From Pseudothermotoga sp. (GTDB lineage Bacteria > Thermotogota > Thermotogae > Thermotogales > DSM-5069): a stretch of 64,000 bases of DNA. How positions within the stretch are numbered: position 1 is the stretch's first letter; every line of letters starts with the position of its first letter. The notes beneath the pieces are model-generated. The model saw nothing but the letters and a program-made list of their open reading frames with translations. It did not search any database and had not been told where the DNA came from. The translations under genes and the position numbers were made by a program. Below, one piece after another: positions 49,511-59,123 of this stretch. The stretch spans positions 10,368 through 74,367 of the forward strand of contig JBEPZZ010000005.1 in assembly GCA_041640575.1 (NCBI GenBank), written 5' to 3'.

Positions 49511-50151
49511 CTTAATTCCCCCAACTTTTTTCTAAAAGATCGTGGGTCCGATCTGAAGATCCCATAACCCATAACCAGAATTTCTGCACCTGCACAAACT
49601 ACTTTTTCCACTGTTTCTTCATTGATACCACCATCAACCATTATTTTCACATTTGGAAAATTCTCATTTATCATCTTCTTCAATCTGACAATCTTCTTAA
49701 CAGTCGATTCAATAAATTTTTGACCAGAAAAACCGGGATTCACTGTCATTACTAAAATACCGTCGACATCAACCAGAATGTCCGTTAGAATTTCAACGGG
49801 AGTATGTGGATTAAGTGCAACAAAAGCTTTTGCGCCTTTTTCCTTGATTCTATATATAGTTCTATGTAAATGAGTACAAGCCTCATAATGAACGGTTACT
49901 ATAGATGCACCAGCCTCAACAAAACTTTCAACATACTTATCTGCATCTATTATCATCAAATGCGCATCTACTGGCAAACTAGTACACCTTTTCACGGCTT
50001 CCAACAATGGTAAACCGAAAGTGATGTTTGGGACGAAAACCCCATCCATAACATCCAGATGAACCATGTCTATGAATGGTTCTACTCTCTTGATTTCCTC
50101 AGCGAGTCTTGACAAATCGCACGCAAGTATTGAAGCAGTTATTTTGGTCAT
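49501..50151 (-). CDS. rpe: Ribulose-phosphate 3-epimerase
   Basis: HLDVMDGVFVPNITFG, DAHLMI, MTVNPGFSGQKF, VDGGIN. Confidence 0.97.
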   Translation of the reverse strand: MTKITASILACDLSRLAEEIKRVEPFIDMVHLDVMDGVFVPNITFGLPLLEAVKRCTSLPVDAHLMIIDADKYVESFVEAGASIVTVHYEACTHLHRTIYRIKEKGAKAFVALNPHTPVEILTDILVDVDGILVMTVNPGFSGQKFIESTVKKIVRLKKMINENFPNVKIMVDGGINEETVEKVVCAGAEILVMGYGIFRSDPRSFRKKLGELRCF

Positions 50152-51026
50152 ACCTTACTCTTCACCTCTTCGACCATTAAAAGATAATTTTCATACCTAT
50201 TTTTAGCCAAGAGGCCTTTTTCAACAGCTTCTCTAACTTTACAACCTGGCTCCGATACGTGAAGACAATTTTTAAAGAGGCATCTTTCCCTATATTGTTC
50301 AAACTCCCTGAAATAAAGTTGAATCTCATTAATATCGAGATGATCTATTTCAATCAGGGAGAAACCAGGAGTATCTACAACATAACCACCAAATGGGAAG
50401 GCTATAAGCTCAGCAGAAGTGGTAGTATGCCTACCACGCTCAGTTTTCTCTGAAATTTCCTGTGTTTTCAAATTTATCCCCGCACAGATAGCATTTAAAA
50501 GACTGCTCTTTCCAACTCCAGAAACACCCGCTAAAACGCTGATTTTGTCTTTCAAAATCTGCTTTAGTTGGTCCAAACCCTCCTTCGTTCTGGCACTCGT
50601 AAGAATTAGCGGATAGATTGAACCATAAATTCTGATAAATTCTTGTTTTCTTTCCTCTTCATCTTCCGTTAGCAAATCTATCTTGTTCAAAATAATAACT
50701 GCTTGGAGACTTGTTTGTTCAACTAAGACTAACAATTTATCAAAAACAAGTGAAGGTACCTCTGGTTTTTTCAAGGTGCAAACACAAATTACTTGATCAA
50801 TGTTTGCAACCCTAGGCTTTAAAAGTTCATTCTTCCTTTTCAGTACAGATTCAATAACACCACTATCAAGAACTTTGGTGTATTCAACTATATCTCCAAC
50901 TATCGGTTTCAAGGATTGAACCCTAAATCTACCGCGTAAGTAGCATCTGATCTTTTCATGTGTTTCCAGATCTTCAACAACAGCCATATTTGATGTGAAT
51001 CTGATCACTATTCCTCTTTTTCTCAG
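50148..51026 (-). CDS. rsgA: Ribosome small subunit-dependent GTPase A (probable CTG start at 51026; first canonical start GTG 51008)
   Basis: VGD, ANID, NKID, GVSGVGKSS, RGRHTT, DTPG, CLFKNCLHVSEPGC zinc finger. Confidence 0.95.
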   Translation of the reverse strand: MRKRGIVIRFTSNMAVVEDLETHEKIRCYLRGRFRVQSLKPIVGDIVEYTKVLDSGVIESVLKRKNELLKPRVANIDQVICVCTLKKPEVPSLVFDKLLVLVEQTSLQAVIILNKIDLLTEDEEERKQEFIRIYGSIYPLILTSARTKEGLDQLKQILKDKISVLAGVSGVGKSSLLNAICAGINLKTQEISEKTERGRHTTTSAELIAFPFGGYVVDTPGFSLIEIDHLDINEIQLYFREFEQYRERCLFKNCLHVSEPGCKVREAVEKGLLAKNRYENYLLMVEEVKSKV

Positions 51027-51041
51027 CCAAAGATCCCTCCT

Positions 51042-51551
51042 TTAAGGCTCACCTGAATCTACTAGAAGAGATATTTCACTACCTTGTTTCAGTTTACTTC
51101 CGGCTGCTGGGTACATTCCTATAACTCTTCCATCGGTTCCTTTGTACGGCATTTGAGCAATCCTAACCTTGAAACCCATTGCTTCGAGGATCTGCTGGGC
51201 TGTTTCCTTAGGTACACCAAAAAGGTCCGGTAGAACCACCTCTGGTGGATCACTTAGAAACAAGTTTATTTCTCGACCTTTCTTTACAGTTTCGCCTGCA
51301 TAAGGATACGTGTGATCAACGGTTCCAGAACCATGAACTTGCGCCACTTTTAGACCAGCTTTTTCAATAACCCGAGTTGCTGTACCAAGGTCCATACCTT
51401 TCACATCTGGAACCTTTACTTCTCTTGGGCTTATCAAAAAATAGCTCAAAAACAATAGAACACCAAGAACTGCACCAATTGCAAAATATAAAAGAAATAC
51501 AAAAATCCATTTTATTGCTTTTGCAATGCCTTTAGTCTCAGTTGTCCGCAT
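51042..51551 (-). CDS. Membrane-anchored PASTA-domain protein without kinase domain
   Basis: One TM followed by two PASTA repeats (VPDVKGM..., LPDLFGV...). Confidence 0.85.
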   Translation of the reverse strand: MRTTETKGIAKAIKWIFVFLLYFAIGAVLGVLLFLSYFLISPREVKVPDVKGMDLGTATRVIEKAGLKVAQVHGSGTVDHTYPYAGETVKKGREINLFLSDPPEVVLPDLFGVPKETAQQILEAMGFKVRIAQMPYKGTDGRVIGMYPAAGSKLKQGSEISLLVDSGEP

Positions 51552-52543
51552 GCAGCTTCTATGTCGACTCCTTTCTCCTGCCTAATCTCTGCTTCGATCC
51601 CAGATTCCAACAGGATTTCCTTGAATCTGTTGATCTTCCATGAAGAAGGTCTTTCCACACCTGGTACCGCAGGATTAACAGGTATTAAGTTAACGAATAT
51701 TTTCATCTTCATTTCTTTAAGCAACTTTGCAAGCCTTCTTGCGTCTTCATCAAAATCGTTGAATTCTTTTATCAGTATGTACTCTATCGTTACCCTTCGA
51801 TCGGTGTTTTGCTGAAACTCTTTTGCAGCTTCGAGAATTTCCTCAACAGTGTATTTACTTGCGACAGGTATGATTTTCATTCTTTTCTCATTACTTGCAG
51901 CGTGTAAAGATATTGCCAAATTTAAATCCAGGTTCTCTTTACCAAGTTTGATTATCTTCTCCGGTATTCCTACAGTGCTTATTGTTATTCTTCTTATTCC
52001 TATGTTTTTCATCTTTTTATTGTTTAGAATCCTCACACTTTTTACGACGTTTTCGTAATTGAGTAAAGGCTCTCCCATTCCCATATAAACAACGTTGCGA
52101 ATCTTTTGCTTACTATCTATCTCGATTGCAAGAATCTGAGCGACGATTTCATGTACCTCTAGATTTCTTACGAAACCACTTTGCCCAGTTGCGCAGAAAG
52201 AACAGCGAATTGGACATCCAACTTGCGTCGAGATACAAGCGGTTGCGTAGCCCTCATGGAAAAGCAGAACAGACTCGATAGTATTTCCGTCTTTGAGTTC
52301 AAACAGATACTTTGTAGTTCTGTCAAGCTTGGAAACCCTTTTGTCGCGTATCCTCGGAAGTTCAATCGAAAAATGCTGCGGTAAAAGCTGACGATGTTCT
52401 TTTGAAAGGTTTGTCATTTGCTCGAATGAAAAAACGTGCTTTTGATAAACCCAGTCAAGCACTTGATCTGCTCTATACTTCTCAATCCCAATGCGAGTTA
52501 TCTCATCAACAAATTCCTCGTATGTAAGACCAATTATATTCAA
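51512..52543 (-). CDS. rlmN: 23S rRNA/tRNA m2A methyltransferase (radical SAM)
   Basis: CISTQVGCPIRCSFCATG, YMGMGEPL, ISLHA, DIEAACGQL. Confidence 0.97.
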   Translation of the reverse strand: MNIIGLTYEEFVDEITRIGIEKYRADQVLDWVYQKHVFSFEQMTNLSKEHRQLLPQHFSIELPRIRDKRVSKLDRTTKYLFELKDGNTIESVLLFHEGYATACISTQVGCPIRCSFCATGQSGFVRNLEVHEIVAQILAIEIDSKQKIRNVVYMGMGEPLLNYENVVKSVRILNNKKMKNIGIRRITISTVGIPEKIIKLGKENLDLNLAISLHAASNEKRMKIIPVASKYTVEEILEAAKEFQQNTDRRVTIEYILIKEFNDFDEDARRLAKLLKEMKMKIFVNLIPVNPAVPGVERPSSWKINRFKEILLESGIEAEIRQEKGVDIEAACGQLRLKALQKQ

Positions 52544-52653
52544 AAAATCACCTCAAGATAATTATATATGACTTTTTAGGTAAACTCGGCCAGAAAACTA
52601 GGATTTCTCCTTCTGTTAACTTCGTGTTGTATAATTTCTCGGAGGCGATTTTC

Positions 52654-53718
52654 TTGACTGTGAGTGAAGCAAAATTTCTCAGCAGAAAGATAATGGAGGC
52701 CGGAGAAGTCCCACTCCTTGTAGGACACTTTGGTGTTGGAAAAACTGATGTGGCGCGTCAGATAGCCGCCGAAACTGGAAGAAAATTAATCATACTTATA
52801 CTTTCACAAATGGAACCAGGTGATTTAATAGGACTTCCATCGCGGCAGAATGATCAAACTGTTTTTCTAAGACCCGACTGGTGGCCAGAGGATGGAAAAG
52901 CAATAGTTTTACTTGACGAGATAAACCGGGCACACCGATCGATAAGAAATGCAATCATGCAACTCGTAATTGACAAGAGGATTCACAACCATGTTTTGCC
53001 AGATGGAACGTGGATTATGGCAACAATGAACCCACCAGACGACGAATATGATCAAGCAGAACTCATAACTGATCCAGCTTTTATATCGAGATTTTTCATA
53101 TTAGACATAACACCATCAACTGAAGAATGGCAAGTTTGGGCTGAGGAAAACAACATTGCACAGGAAATTCGACAGTTCGTTCAGAAGTACCCAGAATTTC
53201 TATACTCACACTCTGCGATGTCCTTGAAGGTTGAGTTACGCCCAAGCCCGAGAAGTTGGCACAAATTAAGCAACGTAATGAAAACATTGAGTGGAGAAGA
53301 TAGAAAAAAATACGGTTACGCACTTGCCGCAGGAATACTTGGTCCTGAAGCTGCGAAAGCTTTTGTAGAATTCTCGAACGGTAAATCGATACCTTTGCCG
53401 CAAAAGATTTTGCTTGAAGGAATAAACCAAGTCTTTACTCAAGAAATAGATGCTGCAAATTCATTGACTTTAAGGTTGATTGATTACTTTTCGAAGATAG
53501 ATGATGACACCGTTGAACTACTTCGATCGCATCTTTCAACTGTAGCCAAAAATATAAGCGAACTTACCTCCGTGCTCCCAAAAGACTCTTTCTACGCGTT
53601 ACTAAGATATCTCACTGATCGAGCCGCAAACTCTGACAAATACTCTGAATTCTTCGACAAGCTATTGGAAAAACTGGCTAGCTATGCTCAAATAAAATCG
53701 ATTTTGGAGGAGATCTAA
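52654..53718 (+). CDS. MoxR-type AAA+ ATPase
   Basis: Walker A GHFGVGKT, DLIGLP, Walker B LLDEINRA, TMNP, DPAFISRF, PSPRSW; TTG at 52654 behind GGAGG. Confidence 0.9.
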   Translation: MTVSEAKFLSRKIMEAGEVPLLVGHFGVGKTDVARQIAAETGRKLIILILSQMEPGDLIGLPSRQNDQTVFLRPDWWPEDGKAIVLLDEINRAHRSIRNAIMQLVIDKRIHNHVLPDGTWIMATMNPPDDEYDQAELITDPAFISRFFILDITPSTEEWQVWAEENNIAQEIRQFVQKYPEFLYSHSAMSLKVELRPSPRSWHKLSNVMKTLSGEDRKKYGYALAAGILGPEAAKAFVEFSNGKSIPLPQKILLEGINQVFTQEIDAANSLTLRLIDYFSKIDDDTVELLRSHLSTVAKNISELTSVLPKDSFYALLRYLTDRAANSDKYSEFFDKLLEKLASYAQIKSILEEI

Positions 53719-53719
53719 A

Positions 53720-54892
53720 ATAGAACGAGCAATACTAGAACTTGGGAAAAGGTCACCCTTTTACCTGTACATTCTTCTAAACATCTCCAAGATACCAAAT
53801 AAGGAGATTAGAACACTTGAACTGAATTTTTCACAAAATCGTTGGACGTTGTTCTATAACCCCGATTGGGTGGAGAAGACTGATACCAAATTCGTGCAGG
53901 CTTTGCTTCTTCACCACCTTATGCATTTGATAAACCTTCATTTTCTCATAAAACCTAAAAACAAAAGGGAAAAAATGATCTGGGATCTGGCTATGGATGC
54001 TGCGATAAACCAGTACATTCCAGAGCTTTCTGCATTTGGAATACCATTGAACCTTTTGATTGAGGAAGGGCATGGCGTTGACAACGAAAGGATGTTTGTC
54101 CTCCCACCAGATTGGATGCCAAATGAAAGTGCTGAGGAATACTTCAAATGGATCATGAAGAAAATGGAAGAACTTGGAAGATTTGACTTAATCATGGTTG
54201 CTGAAGCTCGAGAGAATTCTTTAGACTCCCATGACTCACTCTACGAGGTTGAGAATATAGATATGATCCTGGAATTAACTCAAAGTGATTTGGCAAAGGC
54301 TTTTAACTTGTACGGTCAAGAATTACCCAGTGGAATTAAAAGGCAAGTTGAGATAGCCATTTTTCGTCCTATCCTTAACTGGAGGGATATGATCAGGCAT
54401 TTTGCTGGGCTCTCTGAATATGGCGAAAGATACACAACCCCATTGAAGCCAAATAGGAGATATGACGATCAGCCGGGTTGGAAAACATCGCATATGGCGA
54501 AACTTGCAATAATAGTTGATACAAGTGGAAGCATAATAGAGGAAGAACTCGACCAATTCTTTTCGGAAATTGAAAGCCTTTCGAGATACATTGATACAAA
54601 TCTTGTCTTGGTGCAAGTAGATAGAGCCGTAAATCTAGAGATGAAATACACCAAAGGTAGTTGGAGAAAAGTTGAAATAGTCGGTGGTGGAGAGACAGAT
54701 TTGCAACCAGCAGTTAATTATCTTCAGGAAAAGTATCATCCTGAATGTTTTATTGTGTTTACCGATGGATTTACTGACCTTCCTATTGTGAAAAGAAGAG
54801 TACTTTTCGTACTCTCCAGCTACTACAATGAAGATTTTCTACAGCAAGCTCGAAAAGTTTACGGTAGATCCAGTGTGGTGATTCTAAAATGA
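53720..54892 (+). CDS. DUF2201-type metallopeptidase-like/VWA protein (probable ATA start at 53720; first canonical start 53849)
   Basis: SPFY, FYNP, HHLMHLINLH, WDLAMDAAINQY, WRDMIR, PNRR, MIDAS DTSGS, GGGETD, FTDG. Confidence 0.85.
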   Translation: MERAILELGKRSPFYLYILLNISKIPNKEIRTLELNFSQNRWTLFYNPDWVEKTDTKFVQALLLHHLMHLINLHFLIKPKNKREKMIWDLAMDAAINQYIPELSAFGIPLNLLIEEGHGVDNERMFVLPPDWMPNESAEEYFKWIMKKMEELGRFDLIMVAEARENSLDSHDSLYEVENIDMILELTQSDLAKAFNLYGQELPSGIKRQVEIAIFRPILNWRDMIRHFAGLSEYGERYTTPLKPNRRYDDQPGWKTSHMAKLAIIVDTSGSIIEEELDQFFSEIESLSRYIDTNLVLVQVDRAVNLEMKYTKGSWRKVEIVGGGETDLQPAVNYLQEKYHPECFIVFTDGFTDLPIVKRRVLFVLSSYYNEDFLQQARKVYGRSSVVILK

Positions 54893-55680
54893 CATCCTTT
54901 GGACCGGAAAATCTCACTAAATTATTATCTTCTTATCTCTCGAAAATCGAGGTTTCGGAATCGTTGGCATTTTTAAACAATCACAAAGAAAAACTTGATC
55001 AATATCATCGACACGTTTTCCTATCGTCCGTATGGAAAGAAAATGAATTTGCAGTTTTTTCGATGGTAGACACCTCTGGTAGAAGAGTCTTGGGCATTTC
55101 ACTAACGAACCCTTTCGAAAAGAACCTCTCCCTGTACAATGCACCGTTACATGATTCACTCTTAACTGAGATTTTTGTAAAGCTATTCGAAATTCAGCCG
55201 CAATTCTCGAAAGCAGCGGTTGTGAGACTGCCTTTTCAAAGCAGAGTACTTGCAGTTGTTGGTGAAACAGATTTTCTTGAAAAAGAAATCTTGAAAGAAA
55301 AAGTTCATGGTTTTTGTAACTTCTTGTTCGCTCAAAAAATTACCCCTGAAGTCTATGCCAAATTCCGATACTGGAACGGAAAAAAAGTAGATTTTGCAGA
55401 GATTCATCTATTGAACGACTTTGTAGCATGCGTGTTGAGCAGCCCAAAAGGCATTGATCAAGATCATATACCCCTGTTATCCGAAATAGCGAGAATTTAT
55501 CGTCCAAAATATGGCAATGCATACCAAGGTAACGTTGGAAAGTTTGGAAATCACCCCATTTTAACTGTCTTTGCAGTAGATTACGAACAACTTTTGAAGG
55601 AAATGGATTTGGAGAAAAGGTGCAGTGAATTTTGCAGAAAGATTCTTCAAGCATACGAACTTGTCATAAAGCTTGCATAA
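54889..55680 (+). CDS. Hypothetical protein (possibly Thermotogae DUF4895-like)
   Basis: 263-aa ORF coupled by an ATGA overlap to the VWA gene, GTGGTGA RBS. Confidence 0.65.
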   Translation: MTSFGPENLTKLLSSYLSKIEVSESLAFLNNHKEKLDQYHRHVFLSSVWKENEFAVFSMVDTSGRRVLGISLTNPFEKNLSLYNAPLHDSLLTEIFVKLFEIQPQFSKAAVVRLPFQSRVLAVVGETDFLEKEILKEKVHGFCNFLFAQKITPEVYAKFRYWNGKKVDFAEIHLLNDFVACVLSSPKGIDQDHIPLLSEIARIYRPKYGNAYQGNVGKFGNHPILTVFAVDYEQLLKEMDLEKRCSEFCRKILQAYELVIKLA

Positions 55681-56701
55681 CTTTAATGATAACTGCTCGA
55701 CCTGAGCCATCGAAGATCTTGACATATCCATCGTAAAAACAGACAAACAATTTACTTGACATTCTTGACAGCGCAGACCTCAACTTGTGCGGAGATACCT
55801 CAATTTCATATTCCAAACCCTCGGCACACGGAACAAAACCACGGTATTGAACTGAACCATAACTACCAAAAAATTTTATCTCCCTCTTTGTCTTGACAAT
55901 CTTCAAAAGAGCATCCTTTGGCAAAATCCAAGCAGCCTTTGAAACGAACCTTTGAAACTGAGCTGGCAAAATCTCCTCACCGCCTACCATAACGAGATCT
56001 TTCAACCGAGGATCCATAGTTTCCGTTTCACCACACACCTGCATGCCAAACTCAGAAGTCAGCAAGGTGAACTTGTCATTTGATACACCAAGCAACGTTT
56101 TACTATCTGCACCATAGACATCGAGGGATTTGACTATTCTTCGACTGCTTGCATAAGGCATAGAGAAGCAAAAATCTCTAATTTTCTTGCCTCCAAGTTC
56201 GCAAACACTTAAAATTGTGCGAGCCGAGCTGACGAGAAATATCGAATTGTTCAAAGATCCTATTTTCATCATGTCGCCTTCCTCAAGACTTGCTGTAACA
56301 AAATCGAACGCCTTCAGGATCTCTTTGACAGAGGTTTCACCAACTTCTTCAAAAGCTTGCATCTGTTCGCGTTCTCTTGGTGTTGCTATTCTCATTCGAA
56401 GAGTCTCATTCTCACCTCTGACGGCAACATAATCGTCCAAAAATTCAATCTCAATTTCTTCAGCTCTTTCGCCAATTAAAAACCCTTTCAGTAGCTTAGC
56501 TGGCATGGCTATTTCTCCGTGGAAAGGTTGAGACTCAGCAATCCTAACCCAACTTGTCAAGCAGCCATCGGTTGATCTTAGAATCAACCCATCTTTGTAG
56601 GAAAAATAAACATTTCCCATCGTATATTCTGAAGATCCCATAACTTTATCGCTGAATCTCAACCATTTCTCAAGTTGACGAGTTCTTACCCAAGCTTTCA
56701 T
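55664..56701 (-). CDS. Divergent DNA polymerase III beta (sliding clamp)-like protein
   Basis: 345 aa in three ~115-aa blocks; LILRSTDG, IAMPAKLL, IFLVSSARTIL, EIEVSPHKLRSALSRM echo DnaN segments. Confidence 0.6.
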   Translation of the reverse strand: MKAWVRTRQLEKWLRFSDKVMGSSEYTMGNVYFSYKDGLILRSTDGCLTSWVRIAESQPFHGEIAMPAKLLKGFLIGERAEEIEIEFLDDYVAVRGENETLRMRIATPREREQMQAFEEVGETSVKEILKAFDFVTASLEEGDMMKIGSLNNSIFLVSSARTILSVCELGGKKIRDFCFSMPYASSRRIVKSLDVYGADSKTLLGVSNDKFTLLTSEFGMQVCGETETMDPRLKDLVMVGGEEILPAQFQRFVSKAAWILPKDALLKIVKTKREIKFFGSYGSVQYRGFVPCAEGLEYEIEVSPHKLRSALSRMSSKLFVCFYDGYVKIFDGSGRAVIIKVMQAL

Positions 56702-57591
56702 TTAATCACCGTCTTCACAATGACATTAATCAGTTGTTCAAAACTCATACCAGCAGCTTTTGCGCTAGCTGGCAGATCACTCAAATCAGTCAAGCCTGGA
56801 ATAGTGTTTATTTCAAGAACGTAGAACTTTCCATCGTTCAAAATTCCATCAACTCTTCCAAACCCTTCACACTGGCAAGCTTTAAAAGCCTTTGTTGCAG
56901 ATTCTGATACTTCTTTATATTCCTCTTCACTCAAAGGTGCCGGAAGAACAAACTCAGTCACGTTGGGTGTGTACTTGGCTATGTAATCGTAAAATCTCCT
57001 TTTCGGTCGAAGCTCAAGTATCGGCAAAACTTCCAGCTTTCCATCTATTTCAAGAAGTGAAACAGTCAGTTCCCTACCCTTGATGTACCTTTGTAAGATC
57101 ATCTCATCGTAAAAGTTTAATTCTTCCTCAAGATTCCTGTAAAGTTGATCCGGATCGTCACAAATATGAACGCCTATACTGGAACCTTCACACCGCGGTT
57201 TTATAACACACGGAAATCCAAACGGAGACTCTTTTGTTGGTTTGTTGACAACAACGTAGTCTGGATATTTCACAATGCCCGTAAGCATTCTATAAGTCAT
57301 CACTTTATCGAAGCAAATCGCGCTGGCAAGAACCTTCGATCCGGTGTATTTAACACCCACCCAGTCCAAAATAGCTTGAATCGTTCCATCTTCTCCGAAT
57401 CGTCCATGCAGCACGTTAAAAACTAGGTCAAATTGTTTCAAGCTCGGTGCGACGCTCAAAAACTCACCGTTTACATCTATCTCTATCACTTCATGACCAA
57501 GTCTTTTGAGCGCTCTAACCACATTCTCACCACTTTTCAAGGAAATGGGTCTCTCTCTAGATATCCCGCCCATGAGTACAGCTATTTTCAA
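56698..57591 (-). CDS. ddl: D-alanine--D-alanine ligase
   Basis: GGISRERPISLKSG, LHGRFGEDG, EGSSIGV, YDYIAKY, LEINTIPG; TTG start at 57591. Confidence 0.96.
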   Translation of the reverse strand: MKIAVLMGGISRERPISLKSGENVVRALKRLGHEVIEIDVNGEFLSVAPSLKQFDLVFNVLHGRFGEDGTIQAILDWVGVKYTGSKVLASAICFDKVMTYRMLTGIVKYPDYVVVNKPTKESPFGFPCVIKPRCEGSSIGVHICDDPDQLYRNLEEELNFYDEMILQRYIKGRELTVSLLEIDGKLEVLPILELRPKRRFYDYIAKYTPNVTEFVLPAPLSEEEYKEVSESATKAFKACQCEGFGRVDGILNDGKFYVLEINTIPGLTDLSDLPASAKAAGMSFEQLINVIVKTVIK

Positions 57592-57662
57592 ACTCGACCA
57601 CCTCGAAGAATATATTATCAAATTTGAGGTACAATTCTTTTTAGGTGAAGGGAGGCCTTAGC

Positions 57663-59123
57663 TTGATTCTGTTTGGAACTGGTGGTATAAGAGGCATCAT
57701 GAAGCCAGGAGAGTTCGATGAGGATTTGGTAAAGACTGTAAGCCTTGGCATAAGCAATTATATGAACGAGAACGATTTGAAATCAGTAGTTATAGCATAC
57801 GATACAAGATTGAACTCTTCGAAGTTTGCCAAAGTTGCAGCTGAAACTTTTTCTCAATGTGGAATAGATGTTTTTCTTTTTTCCAAACCAGTTCCAACCC
57901 CAATCCTTTCTTTTGCAGTAAGATTTCTCAAAGCAGGTCTTGGCGTCGTGATCACCGCAAGCCACAATCCCCCGGAATACAACGGTTACAAAGTGTACAC
58001 TTCAAACGGTGTTCAAGCGACTCCCGAGGTCACTGACTTGCTTGCCAAATATGTGAAAAATGCTGGCAAAATTACACCACTTTTTAACAAGGGGCAAATA
58101 GTTGACTTGAATGATTCAATTGTCGAATCTTATCTGAATAAATGTGTTGAGATCCTTGTTCATGAATTTGGTGAAAAAACCGTCGATCTTTCTAACTTTA
58201 AGGTTGTCTACTCACCGCTGCACGGAACGGGTCTTGAACCAGTATCAAAACTTTTGAAAAAATTAGGATGCCAAGTAATTATCGTTCAAGAGCAAATGAC
58301 TCCTGATGGAAACTTTCCAGGTGCACGCACGCCTAATCCTGAAGATGAAAATGCTCTAGAACTTGTCAAAAGATACTGCTTACAAAATCAAACGCCAACA
58401 GGTTTAGCAACCGATCCAGATTGCGATAGGGTTGGAGTAGTGTACAACGGCCGCCGTCTCACAGGTAACGAAGTTGGAGTCTTGTTGACGGCTTTAAGAT
58501 TCGAAAAAACAACATACGAATTTCCAAAAGGGTCGTACCTGGTGAAAACAATTGTCACTACAGATATGGTCAGACCGATGTGCCTTGAAAGAAGAGTAGC
58601 TTTGATAGAAACTCCAACAGGCTTCAAATTTATAGGAGACTACCTTGAAAAGCATTCAGACAGTCATTTCTTGCTTGGATTTGAAGAAAGTTGTGGTTAT
58701 CTTCTGGGAGATCATGCTAGAGACAAAGATGGCGTGATAGCCTCTGCTTTGATAGCAATAGCCGCAAAAAATTATGAGCTAACAGAAAAACTTCAACAGC
58801 TTCGCTCAAGATATGGTTATTATAAAGAAGAGCTTCTTAGTCTTTCTTTCAAAAGTGTACAAGAAGCCTTGCAGCTGTACGAAAAGACAAAAATTATGAC
58901 AAACTTGCCAGGGTTAATAAAGGTTGTTGATTATTCAAAAGGTTATGAAAACGTGTTAGCTAACGAAACGCTTAGGCTGGAATTTTCATTTGGAAAACTT
59001 TTCATTCGACCTTCTGGAACTGAGCCGAAACTAAAGATTTACGCCATGACAGTCGGACAAACTGAACGAGAAGCCTTGAGAAACATGGAAGAGCTGAGAA
59101 AATGTGCCTCGAAACTACTTTAA
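57663..59123 (+). CDS. Phosphoglucomutase/phosphomannomutase family protein
   Basis: FGTGGIRG, TASHNP, DPDCDR, GFEES, RPSGTEPK. Confidence 0.95.
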   Translation: MILFGTGGIRGIMKPGEFDEDLVKTVSLGISNYMNENDLKSVVIAYDTRLNSSKFAKVAAETFSQCGIDVFLFSKPVPTPILSFAVRFLKAGLGVVITASHNPPEYNGYKVYTSNGVQATPEVTDLLAKYVKNAGKITPLFNKGQIVDLNDSIVESYLNKCVEILVHEFGEKTVDLSNFKVVYSPLHGTGLEPVSKLLKKLGCQVIIVQEQMTPDGNFPGARTPNPEDENALELVKRYCLQNQTPTGLATDPDCDRVGVVYNGRRLTGNEVGVLLTALRFEKTTYEFPKGSYLVKTIVTTDMVRPMCLERRVALIETPTGFKFIGDYLEKHSDSHFLLGFEESCGYLLGDHARDKDGVIASALIAIAAKNYELTEKLQQLRSRYGYYKEELLSLSFKSVQEALQLYEKTKIMTNLPGLIKVVDYSKGYENVLANETLRLEFSFGKLFIRPSGTEPKLKIYAMTVGQTEREALRNMEELRKCASKLL

